A stretch of DNA of 64,000 nt. Source: Staphylococcus phage AH12. Of this stretch, positions 10,628 through 21,800 are shown in pieces (position 1 is the stretch's first letter; every line of letters begins with the position of its first letter). A program made the position numbers and the translations under genes. The notes under the pieces were generated by a model. It ran no database searches, was not told the origin of the DNA, and saw only the letters and a list, made by a program, of their open reading frames with translations. The DNA lies in sequence record OR455461.1; one strand, 5' to 3'.

Positions 10628-11449
10628 TTATTGAAATGCTTTATTTCTTTGGGCATTTTCAGTTTCTACTAATTTTACACTTACACCAAAGTTAACAATA
10701 ATGTTACTTAGAATGTAGTCTTGTTTTAAGAATTGTGTTGAAGCTTGACGATTCATACTGAATAATTTATTTGCTCTAGTAACGTAAGTTTTTTGTTCGT
10801 TTATTTTTTCTTTTCGGTCAGTTTTTCCTTTTTCTAATTCTTTGATTTCACCAATAGCAATTTTACTATCTTTTTGGATATCATCTTTTAGTTGTTTACA
10901 TGTTTTAGCAGCACCTTTAGAGAATTTTACAAGTTGTTCACTTTGTTTCAGTAATGTTTCAACATTTTTTAAATTACCTAAAGCGATGTGATCATCTTCT
11001 TCATTCGCACTGTTATTTTTCAATTCATCGTATTCTTTATCAAAATCATCTGAATAGATCTTATTACTTAAATCAGTTAATTTCTTATAATTTTCTGATT
11101 TAGCTAATTTACCAATCGGTATTTCCATTTGTGATTTAGATGCAACAAAATCTGCAATTAATTTTTTGTCTTGTTTAAGTTTAGCTAGAACTGTTGCAGC
11201 TAATTCATGTAATTTAGTTACTTTACCAAAATGTGCTACAAAGAAAGTAGAGAATTTTTTCATAGCTTCTTGGATTGCCTTAACAATCTTAACAAAGAAT
11301 TCTTTTAATTTTTTAACCGTTTTTTTAATGTTAGAATCTTTTTTATCTTTAACAACTTCTTGAACTGCTTCATTCATAGAAATTGATTCTGTAACTATTT
11401 CTATTTCTTCATTTAAAAAACTTTCTTCAATACTGACATTTTTAATCAT
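10628..11449 (-). CDS. hypothetical alpha-helical protein (paralog of 12282-13088)
   Basis: It shares the block 'FFVKIVKAIQEAMKKFSTFFV' with 'FFIKIAKAVAEAFKKFTTFFV' in 12282-13088. Confidence 0.5.
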   Translation of the reverse strand: MIKNVSIEESFLNEEIEIVTESISMNEAVQEVVKDKKDSNIKKTVKKLKEFFVKIVKAIQEAMKKFSTFFVAHFGKVTKLHELAATVLAKLKQDKKLIADFVASKSQMEIPIGKLAKSENYKKLTDLSNKIYSDDFDKEYDELKNNSANEEDDHIALGNLKNVETLLKQSEQLVKFSKGAAKTCKQLKDDIQKDSKIAIGEIKELEKGKTDRKEKINEQKTYVTRANKLFSMNRQASTQFLKQDYILSNIIVNFGVSVKLVETENAQRNKAFQ

Positions 11450-11467
11450 CTTATATTTCCACCTTTT

Positions 11468-12076
11468 TTATTTTATATATTCTTCAACTTTACTTAATAA
11501 CTCATTATGACTTTTTAATGAATTATTAATGACTTTTCTATATAATATATTTAATTTGTTCAAGTCATTAACAAGTCTTTGATTTTCTTTTATTTTTTCA
11601 GCTTCAATTTCTTTAGTAGCAAATTTAATTGAAGTTTCGGAAGCACCTTTCATAGTGTCTGAAGATATTTTAAAAGATTTAGCAAAATTCTTTGAAGCAT
11701 TAAACTGTTCAAATGATTTTTCAACTACATATTTTAAATCTAATGACATTGTTAAAGGTATTTCTAAATAATGATTATTCTCATTTAGATCCATTTCAAA
11801 TTCTTTGTATTTTAAATCAAAACTACTCTTACCTGCATGTTTTAATACATCTTCATATTTCTTAAGATCTTTAGCTTTCCATATATAAAATATAGATGCT
11901 GAACCAGATAAATTACTCATTGCAACATTTATATTTTCTTTATTCTTTTCTATTTTCTTAAGTATACTTTTTGTTTTTAGTGTAGTTCTATTAAAATGCG
12001 TATTAAAGAATTTCATAAATTTAACTAATGCATTCTTAATAAGTGATAGTATATTTAGAAAGAATTCTTTAACCAT
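11468..12076 (-). CDS. hypothetical protein
   Basis: The ORF sits inside the minus-strand gene block. Confidence 0.4.
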   Translation of the reverse strand: MVKEFFLNILSLIKNALVKFMKFFNTHFNRTTLKTKSILKKIEKNKENINVAMSNLSGSASIFYIWKAKDLKKYEDVLKHAGKSSFDLKYKEFEMDLNENNHYLEIPLTMSLDLKYVVEKSFEQFNASKNFAKSFKISSDTMKGASETSIKFATKEIEAEKIKENQRLVNDLNKLNILYRKVINNSLKSHNELLSKVEEYIK

Positions 12077-12281
12077 TTCAAAGAAATCACCAACAGGGGA
12101 TTCGTTTAAAGAATTTATATTTTCATTAAATAATATTGATTCATTAACTATATTAATTTCTTCTTTAAGAATATCTTCCGTATAATTTTTATTAGATAAT
12201 AAAATTTTAATACCCCTTTCTTATAAAAATAAATTGACCTAATACCCAATTTAAAGGTATTAGGTCAATAAAAATTATTTA

Positions 12282-13088
12282 TTATGCAGTTGCTGGTTTA
12301 GTTTCTTTTTTATCACTTTTTTTCCCGGCAGCATTGATAGCTTTAGCAGCCGAGAATGCAGTAGCTAAAGTTTGGTTAGAAAGTTTAATTGATTTAGATA
12401 CAGCTGTACGAGATAATGAGTTAGCTTTACTAGCATTAGATGCTACACGTTTTTTCTCATTAATAGCTTCTTTATCTTCTTTGGCAGCAGCAGCTACACC
12501 ATCTTTAGCAGCTTGTTGAGCTGATTTATTAGTTTGAGAAACTAAGCTAGCTGCAGCCTTAACTTGTTTAACTGAACCGGCAGCAGCTTTAGCAGCCTTA
12601 TCAGCTTCAGAGATTGTTTTAATTGAACCTTTTACAACATTTGCCTCATCATTAAGACCAGATTTAGCATTTTCAAATCCACGATCAAAATGAGGACTAT
12701 CAGCTTTAGCTAATTCTTGTAAGTTTTTCAAAGCACTTGGAGCTAATAAAGAATATTCTCTAGCTTCACTTAATTTAGCACCAGATTTAACTCCACTAAT
12801 ATATTTTTGAACGTTAACTACACGAGATTCTAATTTTTTATACATTTCTACAAAGAAAGTAGTGAATTTTTTAAATGCTTCTGCAACAGCTTTAGCAATT
12901 TTAATAAAGAAATCTTTAGCTTTCTTAGCAAGTTCTCCTGCTTTTGAAGCTCCTTTTTCTTCTTCATCAGCTTCGTTTAAAGCATTAACGCTTTCTAAAA
13001 CAAAAAGTTCTGTTTGAGATGCAGAAAGTTCTTCTTGTAAGAAAGACATTTCAAATGATTGATTTTGCAACATTATATTTTCCTCCAT
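12282..13088 (-). CDS. hypothetical A/K-rich helical protein (paralog of 10628-11449)
   Basis: The homology block is noted under 10628-11449. The C-terminus is Ala/Lys-rich. Confidence 0.5.
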   Translation of the reverse strand: MEENIMLQNQSFEMSFLQEELSASQTELFVLESVNALNEADEEEKGASKAGELAKKAKDFFIKIAKAVAEAFKKFTTFFVEMYKKLESRVVNVQKYISGVKSGAKLSEAREYSLLAPSALKNLQELAKADSPHFDRGFENAKSGLNDEANVVKGSIKTISEADKAAKAAAGSVKQVKAAASLVSQTNKSAQQAAKDGVAAAAKEDKEAINEKKRVASNASKANSLSRTAVSKSIKLSNQTLATAFSAAKAINAAGKKSDKKETKPATA

Positions 13089-13122
13089 TTATTTTTAATT
13101 TATTTTTAATTTATTTTGATAT

Positions 13123-14235
13123 TTAGAATTTAATATCAAAATCATTTTCTAATTCTTTACTGATTTCAGAATCTATTTTTTCAGATTCAGATCTAGCTTG
13201 AACTTCAGCTACACCGTCCTCAATATCTATTTTATCAGCTAATTTACTTAATCTTTCAGCCATTTTTTCCTGTTTCTCACGTGTTGTTTTATCAATATTA
13301 TTATCTTTTTCACCTTCAATAATACTAACAGCGTCACGTAAGTATTCAGCAAAATCTGAACGGAATTTAATAAATTTAATATATGCTTGCTTTGTTGCCC
13401 ACATTACTAACATGGACACAGCTAATGCACCAATACTACCAAAGATAACTAAAGATGCTTTTTGAGATCTATTTAGTGCTGTTCCAGCTTCTTTTGCTTT
13501 ATTTATTGTATCTTTGCTAATATCTGCATCCATAACTTTACCAAAATTTTCTTTATATTTATCTTTATTTTTCATAAATGATTTATACATACTATCGAAG
13601 CTCTCATTAGTATTAACAATAGAGCCATCAATTTTAAAGATATCTCTAAATTTTTTATTTTTTTCTATCATTAATATATTATTTAAAGTCTTTAATTCAA
13701 TTGAATCTTTATTCTTCAATTTATTATTAGTAATTTCTAATATTCCTTTTTCATTTTTCTCAAAACCTAAAAAGAATATTTGAGTCACAACTAATAAAGC
13801 TGAAGCTGCAATTGATGCATATGTTATCTGACCAATTTCATTTCCATTAGTAAAACTTTTTTTGAAATCACTTTTATATTTTTCAAGCAATTTTACAGAA
13901 TTCTCAACTGTATCAAAAGCAGAAACAATGGTAGGATTAAAACCTTTAGATTTTTGAACTTTTATGTAATTAAAAGTTTTTTCAAAATCTTTATATGCTT
14001 TAATTTTCTTAAAATCACCTTTACTAGAAAGAATTGATTTTAAGTTTTTGTTTCCAGATTTTTTCAACATTTTTTCAGACATTTTAGATAAAGAATTAGC
14101 GAATGCTTCCGCTTGTTCTTCAGGTTCTAAACGTTTAAAAGGTCTGAAGGGTAAAGAGAATTCCTGTAAAACTTTTTGAGACATCGCATTTTCATTCAAG
14201 AGATGTTTACGTTCAAGTTCCACAGAGAATTCCAC
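13123..14235 (-). CDS. hypothetical membrane-associated protein (two hydrophobic segments)
   Basis: Hydrophobic stretches 'ASALLVVTQIFFLGF' and 'LVIFGSIGALAVSMLVMWA' are present. Confidence 0.45.
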   Translation of the reverse strand: MEFSVELERKHLLNENAMSQKVLQEFSLPFRPFKRLEPEEQAEAFANSLSKMSEKMLKKSGNKNLKSILSSKGDFKKIKAYKDFEKTFNYIKVQKSKGFNPTIVSAFDTVENSVKLLEKYKSDFKKSFTNGNEIGQITYASIAASALLVVTQIFFLGFEKNEKGILEITNNKLKNKDSIELKTLNNILMIEKNKKFRDIFKIDGSIVNTNESFDSMYKSFMKNKDKYKENFGKVMDADISKDTINKAKEAGTALNRSQKASLVIFGSIGALAVSMLVMWATKQAYIKFIKFRSDFAEYLRDAVSIIEGEKDNNIDKTTREKQEKMAERLSKLADKIDIEDGVAEVQARSESEKIDSEISKELENDFDIKF

Positions 14236-14400
14236 TTCCTTTCTAGTGTTAATTTATAATAAAAATAAAAATATAGAATCACTACACGCTAATATAATTT
14301 TTCTAATTTTATATTTTATAAATAAATGTTTAAAGTAAATAAACCTTAATTTTCTTCGTTTTAAGATTTTGTATATATTTTTTAACTAAAACTTTCTAAT

Positions 14401-15930
14401 TTATCTTTTTAGTAATTTTTCTAATGCTTTTGAATCTAAATCACCTTTTTTACTATCACTACTAACTTTAAGTGCACCAAGTTTATTTTGCTTAATGACT
14501 TCAAATTTACGATGATCTGGAAGGTATTTATAAACTATTTCTCTAGCTTCATCAATTACAATAAATTCTAATAAGAAGAATTCTTTATAGATTTTATCTA
14601 CTGCACGTCTATCTGAAATTAAATCAATACCTGTCTTACGCTTAACTTCTTGAACTTCATCAATACTAATCATTAATGCTGTTGTAGGAATATAGTTACC
14701 TGATCTAGAACGAGTAATACCACTAGCTCTATCAACTGTATAAATAGAATTTAATTTATTCCAAATAGCTCCAGTACGTCCACGTTTAGAATCTCTAGCA
14801 ATTTTCTTAGTTCTTTCAGTATCTAATAATAGATCTTTGAATAATCTTAATTCACCTGTAGTAAATTTAACTAATTTAGTTACAAGATTAGATTTTCTAG
14901 ATTTATCAGATAGATAGAAAATTACATCTTCAGTTTTAACAGGATGAACTACTGTCTTAACACCAAATTTAACTTGTTTAGTTGGATGTTTTACACCTTG
15001 TATTGCTTCACCTTTAGAATCTGTTAATAAGAATGTAACTTCTGTAGTGACCATTGTAGGTAATGAAGAATTTAATTTATCTTTCTGAATAGTTGTAGTA
15101 GATCCAAATTTTTCAGAATACTCTTGTTGCATGTTATTAGTAACACCTTGCAGTTGTTCTAAACGTTCTTTGAATGCTTGAGCTAAAGGAAAACTGCCGT
15201 ATGCAAAAGTAGTCCCATTATCTGCTTTCACTTCACGTGATTCTTTTAATATATCAAATAATGAACGTGTACTATTGTCTCCTGTTTCTTTTAGATTTTT
15301 AAAGACAAATATCTCTTGTTCTCCTTTCTTCGTATCTACATAAATCGTAGCATCATAAGTATTATCATTTCTAGGATCTAAAGATTTCAAAAGTTCTTGT
15401 GTATCAAATTCAATAGATATTAAAGTTCCTTCTTCTTGAGGGTAGTCGTAATTAACAACCTCTTCATTTAATAAATCCATCTCTTCTTTAGTAATTGACA
15501 TATCATTAATAGATGATAAATTAAATTTTTCATCCGGAGTTTCTATTAAATAATCATTGACACGTTTTATATCATTTGTTGTACTTTCGTTAAAGTTTAC
15601 ATTATTATGCAAATTACCCATAAATGAAGTAGAATCTTTAGGATTATATTCTTGTACTGCAGTATTAGTCAGTACAAAATCGAATTCATATGCTCTTTCT
15701 AATTCTAATTGATTTCTCATTAATTCTACTGTATCATTATCAATAGAATCAGAAGTTACAAGTGGAAATTGTAATATGAAATCACCAGCTTTTCCTCTTA
15801 GTGATCTATCAAATGGTCTTTTTCGTTTATTGTTGTTTTTATAGTTACTGCTTACGTTACCAGGAGTTGTATCCTTAAGTAAACCAATAACATCTGAAAG
15901 TATATTTACTTTTTTAGCCAAAACTTTCAC
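14401..15930 (-). CDS. hypothetical protein (509 aa)
   Basis: This is the first long ORF of the minus-strand block. Confidence 0.5.
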   Translation of the reverse strand: MKVLAKKVNILSDVIGLLKDTTPGNVSSNYKNNNKRKRPFDRSLRGKAGDFILQFPLVTSDSIDNDTVELMRNQLELERAYEFDFVLTNTAVQEYNPKDSTSFMGNLHNNVNFNESTTNDIKRVNDYLIETPDEKFNLSSINDMSITKEEMDLLNEEVVNYDYPQEEGTLISIEFDTQELLKSLDPRNDNTYDATIYVDTKKGEQEIFVFKNLKETGDNSTRSLFDILKESREVKADNGTTFAYGSFPLAQAFKERLEQLQGVTNNMQQEYSEKFGSTTTIQKDKLNSSLPTMVTTEVTFLLTDSKGEAIQGVKHPTKQVKFGVKTVVHPVKTEDVIFYLSDKSRKSNLVTKLVKFTTGELRLFKDLLLDTERTKKIARDSKRGRTGAIWNKLNSIYTVDRASGITRSRSGNYIPTTALMISIDEVQEVKRKTGIDLISDRRAVDKIYKEFFLLEFIVIDEAREIVYKYLPDHRKFEVIKQNKLGALKVSSDSKKGDLDSKALEKLLKR

Positions 15931-16059
15931 TGCCTTCCTTATTTTTATTAAGATTTTTATAAAATTATGTTTGATGATGATTTTTAGTAAAAAAAGTAAA
16001 AAAAAAATTAGCTATTAATGACTCCATTTAAGGAATCACTAATAGCTAATTTAAGATGA

Positions 16060-16150
16060 GCTGTTTTTAAATACTGTTATATTTAAGAAGGTTATCGCTT
16101 TGGGCTTTCGCCTGCCATACACTAGAAGCGATAAAATACGTATATGACTA
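16060..16150. ncRNA. candidate structured RNA element (locally GC-rich hairpin TTATCGCTT...AAGCGATAA) in a 700-bp non-coding divergent region
   Basis: The inverted repeat 'ggttatcgctttgggctttcgcctgccatacactagaagcgataa' sits in DNA that is otherwise under 25% GC. No convincing ORF covers it. Confidence 0.25.
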
Positions 16151-16728
16151 CTTTCCTGTTTTCCGATACAGTTCCGTTCATTAAGTTTATCTATATTAAT
16201 TAATATATTAAATATCTCTAAATTTCTTAGGAATATATAATAATTCATCTAAAATAAAATTTTCTGTACTCATATTTTTATCTTTATTCTTTATCTCACT
16301 GTGAACACTTTCATTCTTCTTTCTTAATTCCTTAATTTCTTCTAATGTCATTTATTTTTATTCCCCTATACAAGCAACATATCTCTTACGCTATCTTATA
16401 AACATGTGTAGACTATATTAATTTTTCAATTAATATACCTAAATATAACAGTATAACTTTTTGATTATCGAGTATTTCATCGATTTGGAAATCTTTTATT
16501 TAACTCATTTGTCTACAATTGGCGTTTATTTCCTATTCGATAACTGGGAGGTCCCAGACCTTCTTCTCAATACTTTATAGGGTAAAGTAATAAGTCAGGC
16601 ATATTTATAGACTAGTTATAAGAGCGAAGAAAGATGACATTCTCTCTTCCATTATTATAATATAAATTTAAAAATTAAATTAAAATAATAAGTGTGCTTT
16701 AACATGTACTTATTAAAATTTTAAGAAA

Positions 16729-17718
16729 ATGAATGGTGGTGAAGAAAGATTGGCTGAAGATGATAAAAGCTTAGAAACTTCTTTTAAGGAAGAAATCAAA
16801 AAAGAAGGTAATGTAAAAGAAATAGAATCCTTTAACCCTTATAGAATGAAGGATAAAAATTCAGAAATATTTAATAAAGGTTTACCTTATATTTTCTTTA
16901 CTGCTCCTCGTTTAAATTTAGTAGATGGTAATATAAATAGAGATAGTTTCTTTTCATATCTTAAAAGTGTTAAACCAAAATTATTAGAAACTTTAAATTT
17001 TAGTAATTTAAATGCTATAAGTTCAGGTAAACCTTTTATTCCAATCCTTTCAAATAGATTTATGGGTATATCTATACCCGATACACAAACTACAATGAAA
17101 GAATTCCATGAAACATTCTACGGATATAAACAACACTTACCGGTAGGAACAGTTAATTCAGTTGCTGGTGGAGAAATTGCTGTTGACTTTGAAGAAAATA
17201 AAAATATAGACATTATACATTTAATAAAAGCTTGGAGTGAATATATTGAAGGAGTTACTAGAGGTTATATGTATCCTTCAGAAGATGCGAAAAGTAAAAG
17301 GTATATAGATTATACTAGCTCTATATATTATTTCTTATTAGATTTTGATGGAGAAACTGTTTTACATTATTCTAAATACACAGGTTGTTTCCCTATTAAT
17401 GTACCATATGATATATTCTCTCAAAATGTTGGTGAAGATGTAGATGTTCCACATGTATCAGTTAACTTTGCTTATTCGTATAAAGAAGATATGAATCCAG
17501 ATACCTTAGTTGATTTTAATACAGTATCAACAATGGGAAGTTCAGTTGCAAATGCTTCAGGTGCTTCTCCTATAAGAGCTAATATAAATGCAGTAACAAT
17601 GGGTGTTAAACTCAAATACGATGAAATGTATCCTATTAATACAGGTAGTCCTTATATTGCAATGGGATCAAGAAGTGAAGATGGATCACAAAATAAATAT
17701 AGATTAAGATTTTTATAA
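16729..17718 (+). CDS. hypothetical protein (possibly virion structural)
   Basis: The 329-aa ORF has a TTG/ATG start after a long leader. Confidence 0.45.
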   Translation: MNGGEERLAEDDKSLETSFKEEIKKEGNVKEIESFNPYRMKDKNSEIFNKGLPYIFFTAPRLNLVDGNINRDSFFSYLKSVKPKLLETLNFSNLNAISSGKPFIPILSNRFMGISIPDTQTTMKEFHETFYGYKQHLPVGTVNSVAGGEIAVDFEENKNIDIIHLIKAWSEYIEGVTRGYMYPSEDAKSKRYIDYTSSIYYFLLDFDGETVLHYSKYTGCFPINVPYDIFSQNVGEDVDVPHVSVNFAYSYKEDMNPDTLVDFNTVSTMGSSVANASGASPIRANINAVTMGVKLKYDEMYPINTGSPYIAMGSRSEDGSQNKYRLRFL

Positions 17719-17741
17719 GAAAGTGAGTTGAAATTAATAAA

Positions 17742-20732
17742 ATGGCTATAACACAGTATTTCTCTAACGAACAAGAGAAATTAGATTTTTTAAATAATGC
17801 TAAGATAGATACGGATAGTGTTATTAAAATAGGAAGTACTTCATACGATGTTAAAGAAAAATGGTTTAATATGGCTAGCAAATTCTTTGAAATTGATACT
17901 GAAAATACTCCTATTGATGATAATGAAAATGAAGAACTTATTAGTTTACTTAAAGCAGGTTTATTTGGTTATATTAATGAGATTAATTCTCATGAAGTTA
18001 AAAATGCTATATATCATAGAAACGTTTTGTATGATGAATTATTCTTAAATACAGCATCAATACCAATGTCAATTTATAACTTTGCTAAATTATATAATGT
18101 ACCTATTCAAATGGCCACACCTGCTAACTTTAAAGTAGATTTAGTAGTTAGAAAAGAAGATATATTAAAACTTCCAACTAAAGAGATTATATCTACTAAA
18201 ACTATTGATAAAGAAAAATCTCTAAAAACATACGAAGCAACTATATCTAAAAAACAAGATTTCACTATAGGTAACTTTAAATATAGCTTACCTTATGATG
18301 TTTCTATTATATTAAAACAATATCCAGTTACTAAAGATGGTAAAGAATTAATTGATTATAAAATATCAGCTAATTATAATATAGATAACAACTTATTTAA
18401 ATTCTCATCTATACTAGACAATAACGTTAAAGTAACTAAAAATATTTCTAATGGAATAGATTATTTATTCTTTAGTTTAGATCTATATCAAATTGATAGA
18501 GTTGAAAAAGAATTTAATATTACAAGTAATGATATTGCAGAAAATATTTATCTAGATAGTAGTTATGAAGGTCAATTAGCTGGATTTAATGTATTTTATG
18601 AATATATGGGTGAAAGAATTCCTATGGAAACTTATTTCAATAATACATTTACTCCAGATACGGATAATCCTTTCTGTTATTACAATTTTAAAGAGGAAAA
18701 TAAATTAGAAATATCTTTCTCTAATATTGCTAATTCATTTAGACCTAAAGCAAATAGTAGAGTTGTAATTGAAACTTTAACTACTAGAGGTGAACAGGGT
18801 AACTTTAATTATAATGATGCATTAAATGTATCATTAGAATCTGGAATTAGTACATTTGAAAAAATACCAGTTACAGTATTACCTAAAGGAAATTCTGTTA
18901 ACGGTAGAAATAAACCTACAGTAAATTCAGAAAAAAGACGTATTATTAATAAAGCTATAACTAGAGATAATATTATTACAGATTTTGATATTAAAAATTA
19001 TTTTAATGAAGTTAATGACAGTAATAATATTAATAATTCATTTATTAATTTTGTTAAGAAACGTAATGATCTATATACACGTATGTATAATGCATTCTTA
19101 TTATTAAGAGATAGTAATAATAAAGTTATGCCTACAAACACTGCACCTTATTTAGATTTCCCTAAGCAATACTTCATTGGAAATACTTCTTTAGGAAATG
19201 AAGAAAATGGTTATGTTATTCCAGAAAATAGTCTATTTAAATACGATCATGAAGAAAAAGAATATGTCCATATACCTGATGGTTTAGATGATAAAGATGA
19301 AAAAGAAAAATTTGAAAAAGATAAAGATTCTTTATATTATGTAAATCCTTTCTTAATCAAGATTAATAAGTATCCTTTCTTATCTTCCAACTATTATAAA
19401 CTTCATGTAAATGATTTATTCTCAACTGAGTATAAATACATTAATGATTTAATACCTAGTAATATAACTACAACTGATTTATATGTAGAAAAATTAAATG
19501 ATTTCAAAAATACATTAGAATCAGATACATTTAAATTTAGTGTAGAAATTGGTATGGATACATCATTACAAGAAATGAAAGATTTATTAAGTGTTAGAGT
19601 AGTTCTATTATCTCAAGAAACTGGAGAGAAGTATGGTTACTTTGAATTAAAACCAGAAGAAAATATTGAATCTGAAAATAATATTATTGATGACAGTGAT
19701 AGTAGTGTTGATAAATCTTCACTATATACAGGAATGATATCTACAAACAGATCTTTCCATGAAGGAAAACTAGCAATCACAGATTCATTATATGATTCAA
19801 AAGGTATTGTACAAGATAATGTATTTATAGATGAGAAATTTGTAGTTAAAATTGGAATTATGTATAAAGATGAAGATATGAGATATTTTAATGAATTAGA
19901 TTATTCTGATGAAATGAATTTCTTTAAAGATGCTTTTCCTAATCATGAAGATAATGTAATTAATGACTATACATTAGCTTGTTCTATGGAAACTTTTGAA
20001 GGAGTATCTATCTATAAAGATATGTCAAATGTAATGAATAGTACAATATCTATGGATGATTCTAAATGTAGAGTAGAATTAATACCAATGTTCTCATTAG
20101 GTTACTTCATGAATAATTATGAAGAAGTATATAACGTATTAGATAGTTATAAAGATATACTAGAAGATGCTATTCCTAGATTACAAAATAATACTAGTAT
20201 AGATATGAAACTGTATAATACAAAAGGTCCTTCTAATAATTATTATTTAGATACTAAATTAAATGATGATAATGTAGAAAATAAATATATCTCTAGAACT
20301 GATATATTACTAGATCTAAATATAACACTATACGCTCCAATTAATGATTTCTTAGATAAAGAAATTAAAAGATATATATCAGATTTTATTGAAGCATGTA
20401 ATGAAAATGGTATTATACCTATATCGAATTTAATAAGATTATTAGAACAAAATTTTGATATCATTAAATATATTGTATTTAATGGAATTTCAGGCAAATA
20501 TGCAGAGAAAGTTGATAATCACTATCAAAAACTTCTTAACACTAATTTAGGTTATAACGATCTAAATAAACAAGAAATTATCGAATATGTTCCAGAATAT
20601 ATAAACATTAAAAAGAATCTTAGAGATAATAAAGTAGAAATTGAAAATGAAGATAATTCAACAGGGACTACAGTTATAGATTTAGGATTAACTTATGATG
20701 ATGTTGTAAATATTACTTATTCAGTTTCTTAA
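17742..20732 (+). CDS. hypothetical large protein, 996 aa (possibly virion structural)
   Basis: This is a long uninterrupted ORF. Confidence 0.55.
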   Translation: MAITQYFSNEQEKLDFLNNAKIDTDSVIKIGSTSYDVKEKWFNMASKFFEIDTENTPIDDNENEELISLLKAGLFGYINEINSHEVKNAIYHRNVLYDELFLNTASIPMSIYNFAKLYNVPIQMATPANFKVDLVVRKEDILKLPTKEIISTKTIDKEKSLKTYEATISKKQDFTIGNFKYSLPYDVSIILKQYPVTKDGKELIDYKISANYNIDNNLFKFSSILDNNVKVTKNISNGIDYLFFSLDLYQIDRVEKEFNITSNDIAENIYLDSSYEGQLAGFNVFYEYMGERIPMETYFNNTFTPDTDNPFCYYNFKEENKLEISFSNIANSFRPKANSRVVIETLTTRGEQGNFNYNDALNVSLESGISTFEKIPVTVLPKGNSVNGRNKPTVNSEKRRIINKAITRDNIITDFDIKNYFNEVNDSNNINNSFINFVKKRNDLYTRMYNAFLLLRDSNNKVMPTNTAPYLDFPKQYFIGNTSLGNEENGYVIPENSLFKYDHEEKEYVHIPDGLDDKDEKEKFEKDKDSLYYVNPFLIKINKYPFLSSNYYKLHVNDLFSTEYKYINDLIPSNITTTDLYVEKLNDFKNTLESDTFKFSVEIGMDTSLQEMKDLLSVRVVLLSQETGEKYGYFELKPEENIESENNIIDDSDSSVDKSSLYTGMISTNRSFHEGKLAITDSLYDSKGIVQDNVFIDEKFVVKIGIMYKDEDMRYFNELDYSDEMNFFKDAFPNHEDNVINDYTLACSMETFEGVSIYKDMSNVMNSTISMDDSKCRVELIPMFSLGYFMNNYEEVYNVLDSYKDILEDAIPRLQNNTSIDMKLYNTKGPSNNYYLDTKLNDDNVENKYISRTDILLDLNITLYAPINDFLDKEIKRYISDFIEACNENGIIPISNLIRLLEQNFDIIKYIVFNGISGKYAEKVDNHYQKLLNTNLGYNDLNKQEIIEYVPEYINIKKNLRDNKVEIENEDNSTGTTVIDLGLTYDDVVNITYSVS

Positions 20733-20760
20733 TATAAAATAAAAAGGAGAATTTAAACTT

Positions 20761-21741
20761 ATGTCTAAACCATTCATCTCAAAATATCGTCAAAGTCAAG
20801 CTGACTTAAATAAAAAAGCTAATACAGCTTTAGAACAGAAAAAATACAACGATATGGTCAATGAAGAATTACAAGTTTCAAAAGAGAAAGATTTAATTTC
20901 AGGAAGAAATAACCAAATCAAGGCTACAAATAAAAGAGCTATAGATAACGCTAAAAATAAAAATGATAGAGATTTATTATCATTAAACACTCAAACTATT
21001 ATGACTACTCTTTTTTCAGCATTAGTATTTAATACTTTCCCTAACAAAATTGCTGATAAAAGTAAATTACGTGACCATATTGTAAACAAGAGTCGTGTTT
21101 TCTTTAATGAAGCAATTGATGCTGAATTAGCTGATTATCAAGGTAGTGAAGTATTTAAAAATGCAAAATTCAATGCTGCAACTTATGCTAAAGACGCTCA
21201 TGGAGTTATTGATCCTAAAGACTCAATTAAAGGAGCTAAAGTAGTTTATAAAAAAGGTAGTACTGAATTTGACTACTTAGTAAATGTAGTTGCTAAGAAA
21301 ATTGAATCTGCTGTAATCAGAGAATCAGAACTAGTTGATGTACGTGAAAAATTAAACGAAGGTATTGCTGATACTCATAAAAAACAAAGTAAAACATTTT
21401 TCCGTACATTACATGAAATGGCAATTAATGATATTGTAAATAATGAAGAATATCTTAAAGAAGAAATTTCTGCTGAAGAAGTTAATATGAATGCGTTAAC
21501 TGAAGCTGTTTTAGACTATACTATTATGGAATTAGTTCATACAGCTAAATTAAGTACATTTAATATGTCAGAAGTTCAAAAATCTATTAAAAATGGATCA
21601 TTGAAAGTTAATACATCTCAATCTTCTAAAGTAAATCCTGAGAATGGTTCTACTAAACCATCTGGCGATGGTGTAAAACCTAGAGTCAGAGATAATGAAA
21701 ATAAACCGAAGTCAGGAAAAGTTCAATTAAACGAAGAATAA
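20761..21741 (+). CDS. hypothetical helical protein (scaffold-like?)
   Basis: An RBS 'aaaggagaat' lies upstream. A terminator hairpin follows at 21752-21795. Confidence 0.5.
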   Translation: MSKPFISKYRQSQADLNKKANTALEQKKYNDMVNEELQVSKEKDLISGRNNQIKATNKRAIDNAKNKNDRDLLSLNTQTIMTTLFSALVFNTFPNKIADKSKLRDHIVNKSRVFFNEAIDAELADYQGSEVFKNAKFNAATYAKDAHGVIDPKDSIKGAKVVYKKGSTEFDYLVNVVAKKIESAVIRESELVDVREKLNEGIADTHKKQSKTFFRTLHEMAINDIVNNEEYLKEEISAEEVNMNALTEAVLDYTIMELVHTAKLSTFNMSEVQKSIKNGSLKVNTSQSSKVNPENGSTKPSGDGVKPRVRDNENKPKSGKVQLNEE

Positions 21742-21751
21742 AAAAAAAAAT

Positions 21752-21795
21752 AATAAAATTTCCCCAATACCTATTAATTTAGGTATTGGGGATTA
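21752..21795. terminator. hairpin terminator CCCCAATACCTA..TAGGTATTGGGG
   Basis: A perfect inverted repeat lies between convergent genes. Confidence 0.65.
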
Positions 21796-21800
21796 TATTT

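Noticed and set aside
11166-13783. Small plus-strand ORFs (11166-11363, 12334-12519, 13514-13783) opposite minus-strand genes
   Set aside because: They are antisense shadow ORFs within a co-directional minus-strand block, and none has a ribosome-binding site.
16051-16248. 65-aa ORF in the non-coding region
   Set aside because: It overlaps the GC-rich hairpin element and has no RBS. It is more likely structured RNA or non-coding DNA than protein.
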